Below, in pieces: positions 37,788 to 47,850 of a DNA stretch of 64,000 bases. This stretch comes from Pirellulaceae bacterium (GTDB taxonomy: Bacteria > Planctomycetota > Planctomycetia > Pirellulales > Pirellulaceae). Every line of letters starts with the position of its first letter. Positions within the stretch are counted from its first letter, which is position 1. The stretch spans positions 4,889-68,888 of the forward strand of contig DATKDU010000207.1 in NCBI GenBank assembly GCA_035512595.1. The letters are read 5' to 3'. Made by a program: the position numbers and the translations under genes. Below the pieces are notes generated by a model. The model saw only the letters and a program-made list of their open reading frames with translations, did no database searches and was not told the DNA's origin.

Positions 37788-39278
37788 TCATTTACCTAGC
37801 TTCCCCGCAATCGCCTGAAACTGCTCTAGCGCCGTCTCCAGGTCGTCGGCAATCTCTGCCGCCAGAACGTCGGGCTCGGGCAGATCCTCGGAGTCCTCCA
37901 GGCTCTTGTCCCTGAGCCAGAAGATGTCCAGGTTCACCTTGTCCCGCTTGATCAGCTCTTCGTAGTCGAACTGCCGCCAGCGCCCCTCCGGGTTCTTGTC
38001 CGCGTCCCACTTGGCTTTCCGCTGGTGGCGCTTGCCGGGCCGGTAGCACTCAACGAACTCGTCCAGGTCGGCTCTGCTCATCGGGTTCGTCTTCTGGGTG
38101 AAGTGCATGTTGGTCCGCAGGTCGTAGACCCACAGCTTGCTCGTCCACGGCTTCTCCTGCGCCGGCTTGGCGTCGAAGAACAGGACGTTGGCCTTCACCC
38201 CCTGGGCGTAGAAGATGCCGGTCGGCAGCCGCAACAGCGTATGCACGTCGCACTGCGTCAGAAGGTTGCGGCGGACCGTCTCGCCGGCCCCTCCCTCGAA
38301 CAGCACGTTGTCCGGCACGACGATCGCGCAGCGGCCGTTGATCTTCAGCAGCGTCTTGACGTGCTGCACGAAGTTGAGCTGCTTGTTCTTGGTCGCGGTC
38401 CAGAAATCCTGCCGCTCGTAGGCGTGCTCCTCTTTTTCCAGGTCCCCCTCCTCGTTGACGATGGCGATGCTGCTCTTCTTGCCGAACGGCGGATTGGTGA
38501 CCACGACGCTGAACCGCTCCCCCGGATCGCCGGCCAGGCTGTCCACCCCCGACTTGATCGGGCACGGGTCGGCGTCGATGCCATGCAGGTACAGGTTCAT
38601 GATGCAGAGGCGGGCCGTGTTGGGGACCAGCTCCCATCCCTTCACGAACTTCGTCCGCAGGTGCTTCTTCTGGTCCTTGTCCAGTTCCTTGCCGAAGTGG
38701 GACACGACGTAGCTGTATGCCGCCAGTAGAAAGCCGCCGGTCCCCGCCGCCGGATCGCAGACCGTGTCCCCCGGCCCCGGCTGCACGCAATCGACGATCG
38801 CCTTGATCAGCTCCCGCGGCGTGAAATACTGCCCGGCCCCTTTAGGGGACTCCTCGGCACTCTTGGCCAGCAGCCCCTCGTAGATGTCCCCCTTCACGTC
38901 GGCATCCATGCTCGACCACTTGACCGGCTCGATCAGATCCACGATCAACCGCCGCAGCGTCGCCGGGTTCTGGATGTCCATCCGCGCCTTCTTGAAGATT
39001 TCGCCGAGCATCCCCGGCTGCTTCCCCAGTTCCTCCAGGCAGTGGCGGTAGTGGACTTCCAGCTCGTCCCCCTCGAGCTTGAGGAGCGCCTCCCACGAGT
39101 ATTTTTTGGGGACGATGGGGGGCCGGTTGTACGGGGCCTTGGTCAGCTCGTCGGCCATCTTCAGGAAGAGCAGGAAGGTGATCTGCTCGGTGTAGCCCAT
39201 GTACGACAGCCCGTCGTCGCGCAGGACGTGCGCGAAGTTCCAGGCTTTGGAGACGATTTGCTGGGAGAGGTTGCTCAT
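37788..39278 (-). CDS. hsdM: type I restriction-modification N6-adenine DNA methyltransferase subunit
   Basis: 496 aa. HsdM N-terminal domain, DPAAGTGGFL (motif I) and VVTNPPFG (motif IV). Confidence 0.95.
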   Translation of the reverse strand: MSNLSQQIVSKAWNFAHVLRDDGLSYMGYTEQITFLLFLKMADELTKAPYNRPPIVPKKYSWEALLKLEGDELEVHYRHCLEELGKQPGMLGEIFKKARMDIQNPATLRRLIVDLIEPVKWSSMDADVKGDIYEGLLAKSAEESPKGAGQYFTPRELIKAIVDCVQPGPGDTVCDPAAGTGGFLLAAYSYVVSHFGKELDKDQKKHLRTKFVKGWELVPNTARLCIMNLYLHGIDADPCPIKSGVDSLAGDPGERFSVVVTNPPFGKKSSIAIVNEEGDLEKEEHAYERQDFWTATKNKQLNFVQHVKTLLKINGRCAIVVPDNVLFEGGAGETVRRNLLTQCDVHTLLRLPTGIFYAQGVKANVLFFDAKPAQEKPWTSKLWVYDLRTNMHFTQKTNPMSRADLDEFVECYRPGKRHQRKAKWDADKNPEGRWRQFDYEELIKRDKVNLDIFWLRDKSLEDSEDLPEPDVLAAEIADDLETALEQFQAIAGKLGK

Positions 39279-39305
39279 TTTGTCTTTCGATGCATGGAGT
39301 GCGGC

Positions 39306-40817
39306 TTAGGCCCCCCCGACAAGTCCGAGCCCCGGCGCGAACATTGGATGCACGGCGAACCAGCGAGTGGCGGTTAACTCAACAGGATTGCTTGGATCGT
39401 AGGGAACCGCTTCGTCCGTTCTGCTCAACTTCACCCATAGAATGCCGCATTCAAGCAAGAGGCGGGCGAAAGCGCAGGGATCCTCGGAATAACCTCTTGC
39501 CCACGCATACCGATCTGCGCCGGGCTCATTCAAATCGACCTCCAGGGCTATGATTTCAAGGATGTTTTTCAAAGTGCCTAGTGGGAACTCCTTTTGACCT
39601 CCATTCATCTTTTTCACAATCCGCTCTAGGCCGGGATACTTGTACTCGAATTCGCCCGTAATCTCCTTGAGACGCTCGATCGAAAAGTCGCGGATGGCAG
39701 TTTCCATATCATGCTGTGTTATCTGCTTGTGTCCGTTGGTGTCTGCCGTGACCGCCGCGACTGTAGCCAATCGAATGGCTTCCCGCGGACGCCCATTCGA
39801 GTGCTTCCAAATTGCCTTGAAGGCGTCTTCTGGGAAAAGACCTCCCCATATTTCCTTGCGTTGCACCTGAAGTTTGAACAGGATTCTTTCCTCGACGATG
39901 GTACGAACCGAATCGAAGTCCCACCGCACTGGAATTACGACGTCGTGGAGTTTGTCTCGGTCAACGAGCGGCAAGGAGTTGTAGATATTCTCACGTAAGG
40001 CAACGATCGCCTTTAGGCGTGGTGGTCTGCTGAAGTGGCTCAAGCTGGTAAATAGCGATGCCAAGAAGGCGTTCTGCGTGGGAGTGTCGTTCCAGTAAAG
40101 ATCGAGATCGTCGATCAAGAGGTAATAGGAGTGCTTCACGTTATCGCGAAGTTTTCGCGCCACCGAATTCACCAGCGAAAGCAGATGGAGCGGCTCACCT
40201 GATTTCGCGTTCTCTTTATCCAGCACGGCCTTTCCCGTGATTTTTGCTCCGGCGTACTCGCCTGAAAGTTCGACTTCCTTTACTAGCTGAAGAATGCGGA
40301 CTGTCAGCGATGTTTCTTCGCCCTGGCTCATTGAGATGAGCTTTCTGGCTTCCTTTTCGAATTGGCCCCGAAAGATGTTAGTGAACCATCCGCTTAGTTC
40401 TGATGCGTTCGGAAACTCTCTTCTCAGGACCTCCATTGCGAGGACATAGTCCCAAAGGGCCTTGAAGAGCCACTGGTTCTTAGCCGACTCTGCGATGATG
40501 GGTGACGTTGCTTCCACGTTCGCGAGCGCCGAGAATGCGAGGTCGTCGGGACGGATGCTGATCACCCTGCATTCGCTTCCCGCCTTTGTAAGCTGCACCA
40601 TCTTCAGGATTGCCGATTTGCCCATGCCCTTTGGGCCGACAAAGAACGTAGCCGGGTCCTCGATGTCGATCGCGCGTCGCAAGTAGCGCTGTTCCGAAAC
40701 GTAATACTGGGCGAGATGTTCATCGTTCTCAGCAACAAGCCGCCCAAAATCGAGCGTGTCGTCTTCGGCGTTGAGCTTTAGGAGATTTCGTTCGCGGTCT
40801 TTGTTCTTCTTAGTCAT
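39306..40817 (-). CDS. P-loop NTPase of unassigned family embedded in the R-M operon
   Basis: 503 aa. Walker A GPKGMGKS (res 61-68) and Walker B YYLLIDDLD (res 231-239), about 165 residues apart. Helical C-terminal region. Visibly AT-richer. Confidence 0.85.
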   Translation of the reverse strand: MTKKNKDRERNLLKLNAEDDTLDFGRLVAENDEHLAQYYVSEQRYLRRAIDIEDPATFFVGPKGMGKSAILKMVQLTKAGSECRVISIRPDDLAFSALANVEATSPIIAESAKNQWLFKALWDYVLAMEVLRREFPNASELSGWFTNIFRGQFEKEARKLISMSQGEETSLTVRILQLVKEVELSGEYAGAKITGKAVLDKENAKSGEPLHLLSLVNSVARKLRDNVKHSYYLLIDDLDLYWNDTPTQNAFLASLFTSLSHFSRPPRLKAIVALRENIYNSLPLVDRDKLHDVVIPVRWDFDSVRTIVEERILFKLQVQRKEIWGGLFPEDAFKAIWKHSNGRPREAIRLATVAAVTADTNGHKQITQHDMETAIRDFSIERLKEITGEFEYKYPGLERIVKKMNGGQKEFPLGTLKNILEIIALEVDLNEPGADRYAWARGYSEDPCAFARLLLECGILWVKLSRTDEAVPYDPSNPVELTATRWFAVHPMFAPGLGLVGGA

Positions 40818-40875
40818 CGTGACTGCTCGTCGTAGTTAAGAAACTCGTCCGCGAAGCGACAGGAACTCCCAAGGA

Positions 40876-42444
40876 TTACCCAGCCGTTCGCGCAGCGGGA
40901 TTGGTTCGATTACGACCGGCCTTCGACCGGCCAGCAGCGCTCGCCCCATTCCTCTCGTCTCCCAAACCTAACCGTATTCGCTCCAGCAGCACGCTGGCCG
41001 GTTCGTCGTGGGGGTCTTGGGGGACGAGTTTCCCCTCGAAGGCCCGCTTGAGGATGCTCTGGCGGAGACGGGCGGCGCGGTGCAGTCCGTGGTCGATGGC
41101 AGTATCGGCCGCCTCGATCTGGGAGAGCCGCTCATCGAGTTGGGCGACGATTTCTCGCTGTTCGGAGGGGGGCGGAACTGAAACCGGGAACCGACGCAGA
41201 ATGCCGAGGTTGATCGAGGCCAGATTCGTTGTCTGCTTGCCAGCTTTAGTGAACCATTCCTGTCCAAACGTATTGCCGTGGTGCGAAACGAACCGGGATT
41301 GCATTTGCTTTGAGACCAGCCGGGCGCGGAAAATGTGGTTTTGGTGAATACACTCCAAGATTTCGCCTTCCCAAACCCACCCGCGACCGAGCTTATCCCG
41401 GTCGCCGCCTTCAGTGAAAAGGACGTCGCCAACTTCAAGTCGCAAGTCAACAATGTCCTCCTCGGGGGCAAAGATGTTTTTCATCTCGGAGAGGTCGAGA
41501 AACCCTCGCTGCACATTGGCGACTCGCAAATATGGAACTTCCCGCATCCCAGGTTGGTTGGACCGCTTTTGATCTTTTGTGATGCCGCCGACTAGATTGG
41601 CCAGCGCTTCAAGGGTCGCCCAGCACCAGCCCTTGGGCAGCTCGGGCAGGTTGGTCGTATCCGGCGACGCGGGCTCGACGTACTTGGCCCGCCAGTTCGT
41701 GGGGGGCGGTTTGCCGGCGGCGGCGAACTTGGCGAGTTGATCGGCTTCCCACTTGCGGCGGCGTTCGGCCAGGATCCGCTCCAGCAGCTTCGAGGCGGGC
41801 TCCACGTCCTTGTGCTTGGCCCGCCAGGCCGCGGTCAGCTTCCCCTTGACGGCCGCATTCAGGACGGCCGCCCGGTAACGCTTCAAGTTCGCCTTGGCCC
41901 GCTCCAGTGCCGCCACGCCCGCATCCAGGTCGGAGAACAGTTCCTCGATCTTCTCGACGATCCGGCGCTGCTCGCTGAGCGGAGGTACGGGGAACTCCAC
42001 TCGTGACAGTGCCTTTCCGGTCAAGTGCTTGATGGTCGTCCCCGTGTAATGCGGCGCGAAACGGTTGGTGATCGTCCCGTAGTAGAGGTAGTACATCGCA
42101 AACGAGGGGTCATATTCCTCGGGGCGAAAACGAATCCGATGGAGCGCCTTTTGGATTTTGGCGGATGCCGCTTGACCCTTCCAAACGGCTGCCCGACCGG
42201 GTTCGCCCCCTTCGCAAATCACAAGGTCGCCCGGCTGAAGGCCGAACCGCGATTCCTCGTCGGCCTCGAATCGCATTTCTTTCATGTCGCTAAGATCGAA
42301 TGTAAACCACCGCACGTTGACGTTACGCAGGTAGGGTTGCAGTGAGCCGCGATTCTTCTGCTTGTCGAGCATCTTCCCGAGACACATTTCGGCAGCAACC
42401 AAGGTCAGGGGCAACGCTGGCCACGGAAATCCATTTGCACTCAT
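40876..42444 (-). CDS. hsdS: type I R-M specificity subunit
   Basis: 522 aa. Two target-recognition halves separated by conserved helices (PPLSEQRRIVEKIEELFSDLDAGVAALERAKANLKRYRAAVL; PPPSEQREIVAQLDERLSQIEAA). ATGA overlap with hsdR. Confidence 0.9.
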   Translation of the reverse strand: MSANGFPWPALPLTLVAAEMCLGKMLDKQKNRGSLQPYLRNVNVRWFTFDLSDMKEMRFEADEESRFGLQPGDLVICEGGEPGRAAVWKGQAASAKIQKALHRIRFRPEEYDPSFAMYYLYYGTITNRFAPHYTGTTIKHLTGKALSRVEFPVPPLSEQRRIVEKIEELFSDLDAGVAALERAKANLKRYRAAVLNAAVKGKLTAAWRAKHKDVEPASKLLERILAERRRKWEADQLAKFAAAGKPPPTNWRAKYVEPASPDTTNLPELPKGWCWATLEALANLVGGITKDQKRSNQPGMREVPYLRVANVQRGFLDLSEMKNIFAPEEDIVDLRLEVGDVLFTEGGDRDKLGRGWVWEGEILECIHQNHIFRARLVSKQMQSRFVSHHGNTFGQEWFTKAGKQTTNLASINLGILRRFPVSVPPPSEQREIVAQLDERLSQIEAADTAIDHGLHRAARLRQSILKRAFEGKLVPQDPHDEPASVLLERIRLGLGDERNGASAAGRSKAGRNRTNPAARTAG

Positions 42445-45194
42445 GCCGCCAGCCTCCCATTCAGCTCCGCCAGGAGTGCCGGCAGCGCTTCGCCGAACAG
42501 TTCAAACGCCTTCCCCAGCCCGCCGATCTGGTTGAACGGCACTTCGTCGAGATCTTCCTTCTCGATCGTCAGGCTCGTGGCGACGTGGTCCTTGATCGCA
42601 TCCAGCCAGCGCCGCTGGTCGGGGGTGAACTTGCGGCCCGCGGCCGTCTGCTCGGCCAGCCACGCCTCATACCGCTCGTGGACCGTCTGCCCCATCGGCA
42701 CCAGCGGCGTCGCCGGGTCGAGTGCGTGCCGCACCAGGGCGATCAGGTCCACGATCTTATTGCCGCCGTCCGCCTTCACCTTGGCCGGCGCCACCGCCTT
42801 GTACGCCTGCCACAGCCGCAGCGGATCGAACCGATGCGGCGGCTGGGCCAACTCCTTGGCCAGTTCTTTCACCTGCGCGTACCGCAGCCCGGCCCGATAC
42901 GGCCTGCTGTAGAGGAGCTGGAGCGCCTCGATCTCATCCTTGTGCTCCTCGATGAACTGCCGAAAGCTGGTCACCAGGGCCTGCGCCTTCTCCTTGGAAG
43001 CCGCATCGAACCCCGCCTTGAGCAGCTTGTCCCGCGTCTGCTCGTCGATCACCTGCTCCAGCGACTGTTTCGCCTTCAGCACCTTGTCCCGCAGGACCGG
43101 ATTGTGGAACGGCTTCAGCGCCTGCCGCATCCGCTCGTGCTCGATCGTATCGAGCTGCTGCTCGCTCGGTTCCGTGCCGGCGGGCAGGGTGAATTTCGTC
43201 TTCGCCTGGGCGGCGACCGTGTCCGGGTCGATGCTCGCCAGCAGATCCCGGCTGAGCGTGGCCAGGTCCTTGCCGCCAGCCGCAGCCGTAAGTTCGGCCT
43301 CCGCGTCGGGCTCGATCTCCCGCTCCAGCCGGGCCAGCCGTGACGCCAGGGTAGAAACAATGTCGGCACTGGCGGCTCCCGCCCCGACCAGATTGAGAAT
43401 CTTGTCCAGCGGCACGCTGGGCTGCCGGTCGAGCGGTTTGGTGGCCGACTTCTCGCTTTCGCAGACGCCGATAGCATCCACGATCACGAAATGATCCTTG
43501 TGCCGGGCGTCGGGGGTCACGCTTTGCAGCGCGTCGCCATCGATCACCCGGCAGCCGCGCCCCTTCATCTGCTCGAAGTACGACAGCGAGCGGATATTCC
43601 GCAGAAAGAGCAGGCACTCCAGCGGTTTGACGTCGGTCCCCGTGGCGATCATATCCACCGTCACGGCGATCCGCGGATTGAATGCCGTGCGGAACTGCGC
43701 CAGCAAGTCGTCCGGCTTGTGCGCTTTGGCCGTGATCTTCTGGCAGAAGTCGTTCCCCTTGCCGAACTCTTCCCGCAGGATGCGGACCACGTCCTCGGCA
43801 TGCAGGTCGGTCTTGGCGAAGACCAGCGTCTTGGGGACTTCGGTCCGCCTCGGAAAAATCTCAGGCAGCTTGTCCCGGAACGTGCGGACGACCAGTCGAA
43901 TCTGGTCCTCGGCGACCACGTCCCGGTCGAGCTGATTGGCCGTATAGGTCAGGTCGTCGTCCAGCTCCCGGTACTTTTTCTGCTTGGTGCGCCGGTCGCG
44001 GTGGGGGACGAAGATGCCCGGCTCCTTGGCCAGCTTCGCCCCGCTGGCGCTGATTTGCGTCTCGATCCGGTACACGTCGTAGCCGACATTGACGCCGTCG
44101 GCGACTGCTTTCTCGTGCGTGTATTCCTGCACCAGGTTCTGATTGAAAAAGCCGATCGTCTGCGCCGTCGGCGTGGCGGTCAGGCCGATCAGGAAGCCGT
44201 CAAAATACTCCAGCACCTGCCGCCACAGGTTGTAGATCGACCGATGGCATTCATCGACCACGATGAAGTCGAACGTCTCGATGGGGATGCGCGGGTTATA
44301 GGCGACCGGCAGCGGTTCCTTGACCAGCGGCGTCTCGGTCTCGAACAGTGAGCTTTCCTCGTTCTCCTCCAGGTACTCGTCTTCGCCTTGGAGCATCGAG
44401 TACAGCCGCTGGATCGTGGTGATGCAGACCTTCGACGCGGCATCGATCGTGTTCCGCTTCAGGTGCTGGACCGTGTACTCCTCGGTGAACTTGTAACCGC
44501 TGGGGCCAATAAACTGCTGAAACTCGTTCAGCGTCTGCTTTCCCAGGTTGTTGCGGTCCACCAGGAACAGAATCCGCTTCGCTTTTGCGTGCTTGATCAG
44601 CCGGTAGCAGAAGTTGACGGCGGTGAAGGTCTTGCCGCTGCCCGTGGCCATCTGGATCAGCGACCGCGGCCGATTGTCCGCCAGAGACCGCTCCAGGTTA
44701 ATGATCGCTTCCTGCTGCACGCGCCACAGTCGCCCCTCTTCAAGCGGCGGCATCCCCCTCAGCAGCGACCGAACCTGATCGTCGAGCTGCACGAGCCGAA
44801 TCAATTCCTCTGGCCGGTGGAACGTGAAGACCGGCCGGCTGCGGGCGTCCGGTTCCAGGATGCTCGTGAACTGCGTCTCCGTGCCGGTCGATTCGTAGGC
44901 GAATGGCAGCGGCAGGCGGTAATTGGGCAGGCCCCGCGGCAGTCCTTTGACGTACTTATCCGACTGCGGCTCAATCCCTTTGAGCGTGTGCCCTTCCGGC
45001 TTGGCCTCGACGACGCCGATCGCCCGCCCGTCCGCATAAAGCAGATAGTCCGCTTCGCCGCTGGTGAGGGGAAATTCCCGCACGGCGATGCCATTGCCGG
45101 CCGAAAGGTCGATCTGGCGATAGTCCTGCACCTGCCAGCCGCATTCGGTCAGCTGCCGGTCGATGTTTTGTCGGGCTCGTTCTTCGGGGGTCAT
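42441..45194 (-). CDS. hsdR: type I restriction enzyme R subunit (EcoEI-type C-terminal region)
   Basis: MATGSGKTFTAV (motif I), VVDECHRS (II), LTATP (III), QMKGRGCR (VI). Start set at MTPEERARQNIDRQLTECGW (ATG 45194) rather than track start 45503. Confidence 0.93.
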   Translation of the reverse strand: MTPEERARQNIDRQLTECGWQVQDYRQIDLSAGNGIAVREFPLTSGEADYLLYADGRAIGVVEAKPEGHTLKGIEPQSDKYVKGLPRGLPNYRLPLPFAYESTGTETQFTSILEPDARSRPVFTFHRPEELIRLVQLDDQVRSLLRGMPPLEEGRLWRVQQEAIINLERSLADNRPRSLIQMATGSGKTFTAVNFCYRLIKHAKAKRILFLVDRNNLGKQTLNEFQQFIGPSGYKFTEEYTVQHLKRNTIDAASKVCITTIQRLYSMLQGEDEYLEENEESSLFETETPLVKEPLPVAYNPRIPIETFDFIVVDECHRSIYNLWRQVLEYFDGFLIGLTATPTAQTIGFFNQNLVQEYTHEKAVADGVNVGYDVYRIETQISASGAKLAKEPGIFVPHRDRRTKQKKYRELDDDLTYTANQLDRDVVAEDQIRLVVRTFRDKLPEIFPRRTEVPKTLVFAKTDLHAEDVVRILREEFGKGNDFCQKITAKAHKPDDLLAQFRTAFNPRIAVTVDMIATGTDVKPLECLLFLRNIRSLSYFEQMKGRGCRVIDGDALQSVTPDARHKDHFVIVDAIGVCESEKSATKPLDRQPSVPLDKILNLVGAGAASADIVSTLASRLARLEREIEPDAEAELTAAAGGKDLATLSRDLLASIDPDTVAAQAKTKFTLPAGTEPSEQQLDTIEHERMRQALKPFHNPVLRDKVLKAKQSLEQVIDEQTRDKLLKAGFDAASKEKAQALVTSFRQFIEEHKDEIEALQLLYSRPYRAGLRYAQVKELAKELAQPPHRFDPLRLWQAYKAVAPAKVKADGGNKIVDLIALVRHALDPATPLVPMGQTVHERYEAWLAEQTAAGRKFTPDQRRWLDAIKDHVATSLTIEKEDLDEVPFNQIGGLGKAFELFGEALPALLAELNGRLAA

Positions 45195-45818
45195 GCGGTC
45201 GTCCGGCAACTGCCTGCCGACGAGGAGAGCCAGCGACCCCACGAAAACCGCCGCGCCCGCCCATTGCCAGCCAGAGACAGAAAGTGACAAGGCGACGCCC
45301 ATTGTGGAGTCACCCGCCGCGGGATGCAAGCACTTTTCTGCCAGGACCGGGGCCAATATCGCGGGGGGCGCAACAAAAACGGCCCTCCGGTGGGGCAGGA
45401 ACCGGAAGGCCGCGATGCGTAGCCGCAAGCGGCCAGCACTCGACACAATATTCGTCGCCCGAGTCAATTGAAGCGCGGGAATGCCGGCATTTGTTCGCGG
45501 CATTCGGCCGCAGTAAGATGGACCTCACCCACGCACGGGTGAGTGTGAATCCAAACTCGATTTGAGGACCAACCTAGCGCAATAACGAACCAGAGCACAA
45601 GCGTGTAGTGAAGTTTCTGCTTCCCAGTAAACAGCCAACCTGAGCCGCAAGGCTCTTGATCTACAGAAGCAGTGCTTGCGCCACGCTCCCGCAAGGGAGC
45701 GTCGGCCAGGTGCTGTTCTGTAGGCCCCTTGGCTGGGGTACTGGGAGCGGCCCTGCGTTCGGCGCTCCTTTTTTCGTCGGCTGATCGAATGGCGGTCAGC
45801 AGCGGGAGATTCCTGACG

Positions 45819-47795
45819 ATGCCACTCCATCTCTACTGTCCCCGCTGTGGCGAACTTCGGCCGGCGGGCGAGGGGGCGGTAGTTAATCATTTCACCTGCC
45901 TGCGATGCGGCCAATTCGTCGGCGCCATTCCGCGTTCGGTGGAACCATTACCGCCGCCGCTCTCCGAACCTCCGCCGCGCCTTAGTCCCGATGACCCCCC
46001 GGTAGATAAAGGTCGCAGTTTCGCCGCCCCGATCTGGGCCTTGGGCGTGTTGGCGGCGCTCCTGGCCACAGTCTTGATCACGGCCGTCGTCGCGGGACGC
46101 TTGCGGCGGCCGGGTAATCCGCCTACGTGGCGTGACGCACCGGCCGTGTCGAGTGCTGAGGATGGTGGGGCCGTTGCGGAGTCGTCCATACCAAACCAGC
46201 CGCCGACGCCAATCGCCGCGGTAAGGGGCATCGGGCCGTCTCTGGTAGCGGACCAATCGCAGCCCACTTCACCTGTCCAGGCAGACCCGCCAAAGGAGTT
46301 GACGCCGGCGCAGCTCTTCGAGCTGGCCCGCCCGTCGATCGTCACGATTGAAACGTTGGACGATAACGGCCGGCCGATTGCAACGGGGACGGGGTTCGTG
46401 CTGGACGACTCAAAGTTTCGGCTGCCGAGTTGGTATACAGTGTCGGTTGCTGCTGAGGGGCTGCACTTAGTGGTCACGAACTTTCACGTGATCGACTCGG
46501 CTGCGACCGCGAAGGGAACGTTTGCGACGGGGGAAACGGAACATGCCCTTTGGGTGTTGGCCGAAGATTCAAAGTCGGATCTGGCGCTGCTTGCATTTGC
46601 CTTGGAGAAGCCCGTCCAGGGGCTCCGCATCGCAACTGCACCGCGCTCACGAGTTGGTACGACGGCGTATGTCATGGGCAATCCGTTGGGCCTGGAAAGC
46701 ACGCTCAGCGATGGATTAATCAGCGGCTATCGGAATTTCGCTGATGGCAGCAACCGGATGCAGCTCACCGCGCCGATTAGCCCCGGCTCCAGTGGCGGGC
46801 CGGTTCTCGATTCCAAGGGGCGAGTCATTGGCGTCGTCAGGTCCACCGCAGTCGGCGGGCAGAACCTCAACTTTGCCTCGCCGGCCGATGTGATCCCGCC
46901 ACTGTTTGCGGGCGAACTCGACAACAAGCGTGACGTATGGCGTGGGCGGAGCATCTCCCGCGCCCGGGATGCCGCCTACCGCGACGTGTGGATGGAGGCA
47001 TGGTCACATTCCTTGGCTTTGGGACGCATCTCCCTAGATGACGTCGAGCGCGACCAGATCAAGATGCTTTGGCGAAAGAACCGCAGAGTTGGAATTACCG
47101 CACCCATCTCGCCCGCTGAGCAAATGGCAGACCTAGAGAAGCTCTGCACGTTGGTCCCCGGTCGATACGAATGGCTGCTGGCGTTTGCCAAAGCGGAGGC
47201 GGTTTTTGATCCGTTGGCGACAGTGAAGGGGAAGGGGCGCGTCACCAGCGACGACCTGAAGTCCAGTGCCAAGGAACGAGTGCCGCTGCTGGACGAGTGC
47301 GTGCGTCTCAAGCCGGACTTCGCCCCCGCCTACGCTCGATTGGTGGACGACCGTGGGACGCTGAATGAGTTGCCGGAAGCATTGACCGCCGCCGAGCGGC
47401 TGGTGAGCCTGTTCCCGATGTGTTCTGAGGCATACAGACTTCGCGGTGATTCGTTTCGCAAACTCAAGCGCCCAGAATCAGCGATCAAGGATTATGAACG
47501 TGCCGCTGAACTCGCGCCCAACGACGGCAACAACTTCAGGGGCATCGGGCACACCCACAGTGACCAGGGGCACTACCGTGAGGCGATCGAGTTCTACAAA
47601 GCAGCCAAGACCCGAGAGACCAACAATGGATCGAGATCTGTTTTGGAGGCCGACATTGCGGATTGCTATCGTAGGTTGCGGCTCTACGCCCAGGCCATTG
47701 AGCATTACTCGACTGCGAAAGCACTCGGTCTACCGCCAGAATGGGTTGACCCCCACATCGCCGAGTGCCGCCGGCTGATGGCCGGACAGGAGTGA
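45819..47795 (+). CDS. zinc-ribbon / single-TM / trypsin-like serine protease / TPR protein
   Basis: CPRCG...CLRCG ribbon. TM segment FAAPIWALGVLAALLATVLITAVVAG. NFHVID (His), DLALLAF (Asp) and SPGSSGGPVLD (Ser). C-terminal TPRs (AIKDYERAAELAPND, AIEFYKAA). Start at 45819 (GGGAG RBS) or 45789. Confidence 0.8.
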   Translation: MPLHLYCPRCGELRPAGEGAVVNHFTCLRCGQFVGAIPRSVEPLPPPLSEPPPRLSPDDPPVDKGRSFAAPIWALGVLAALLATVLITAVVAGRLRRPGNPPTWRDAPAVSSAEDGGAVAESSIPNQPPTPIAAVRGIGPSLVADQSQPTSPVQADPPKELTPAQLFELARPSIVTIETLDDNGRPIATGTGFVLDDSKFRLPSWYTVSVAAEGLHLVVTNFHVIDSAATAKGTFATGETEHALWVLAEDSKSDLALLAFALEKPVQGLRIATAPRSRVGTTAYVMGNPLGLESTLSDGLISGYRNFADGSNRMQLTAPISPGSSGGPVLDSKGRVIGVVRSTAVGGQNLNFASPADVIPPLFAGELDNKRDVWRGRSISRARDAAYRDVWMEAWSHSLALGRISLDDVERDQIKMLWRKNRRVGITAPISPAEQMADLEKLCTLVPGRYEWLLAFAKAEAVFDPLATVKGKGRVTSDDLKSSAKERVPLLDECVRLKPDFAPAYARLVDDRGTLNELPEALTAAERLVSLFPMCSEAYRLRGDSFRKLKRPESAIKDYERAAELAPNDGNNFRGIGHTHSDQGHYREAIEFYKAAKTRETNNGSRSVLEADIADCYRRLRLYAQAIEHYSTAKALGLPPEWVDPHIAECRRLMAGQE

Positions 47796-47850
47796 AATGG
47801 ACGGGGGCCGCGGGGGTGTTTCGGGACCTGACAGCCATTGGAGACAAGCC

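Noticed and set aside
45195-45503. N-terminal 103-aa extension of HsdR, including a TM-like segment (track start 45503).
   Set aside because: The extension is low-complexity. MTPEERARQNIDRQLTECGW at 45194 matches the usual HsdR N-terminus. A membrane-anchored HsdR would be unprecedented.
45504-45818. Small regulator (C-protein-like) ORFs in the hsdR/protease divergent spacer (45284..45565+, 45464..45694-, 45310..45528-).
   Set aside because: The translations have no HTH pattern and poor coding appearance. The region more likely holds promoters and hairpins (for example cgctccc-gcaa-gggagcg at 45682-45699).
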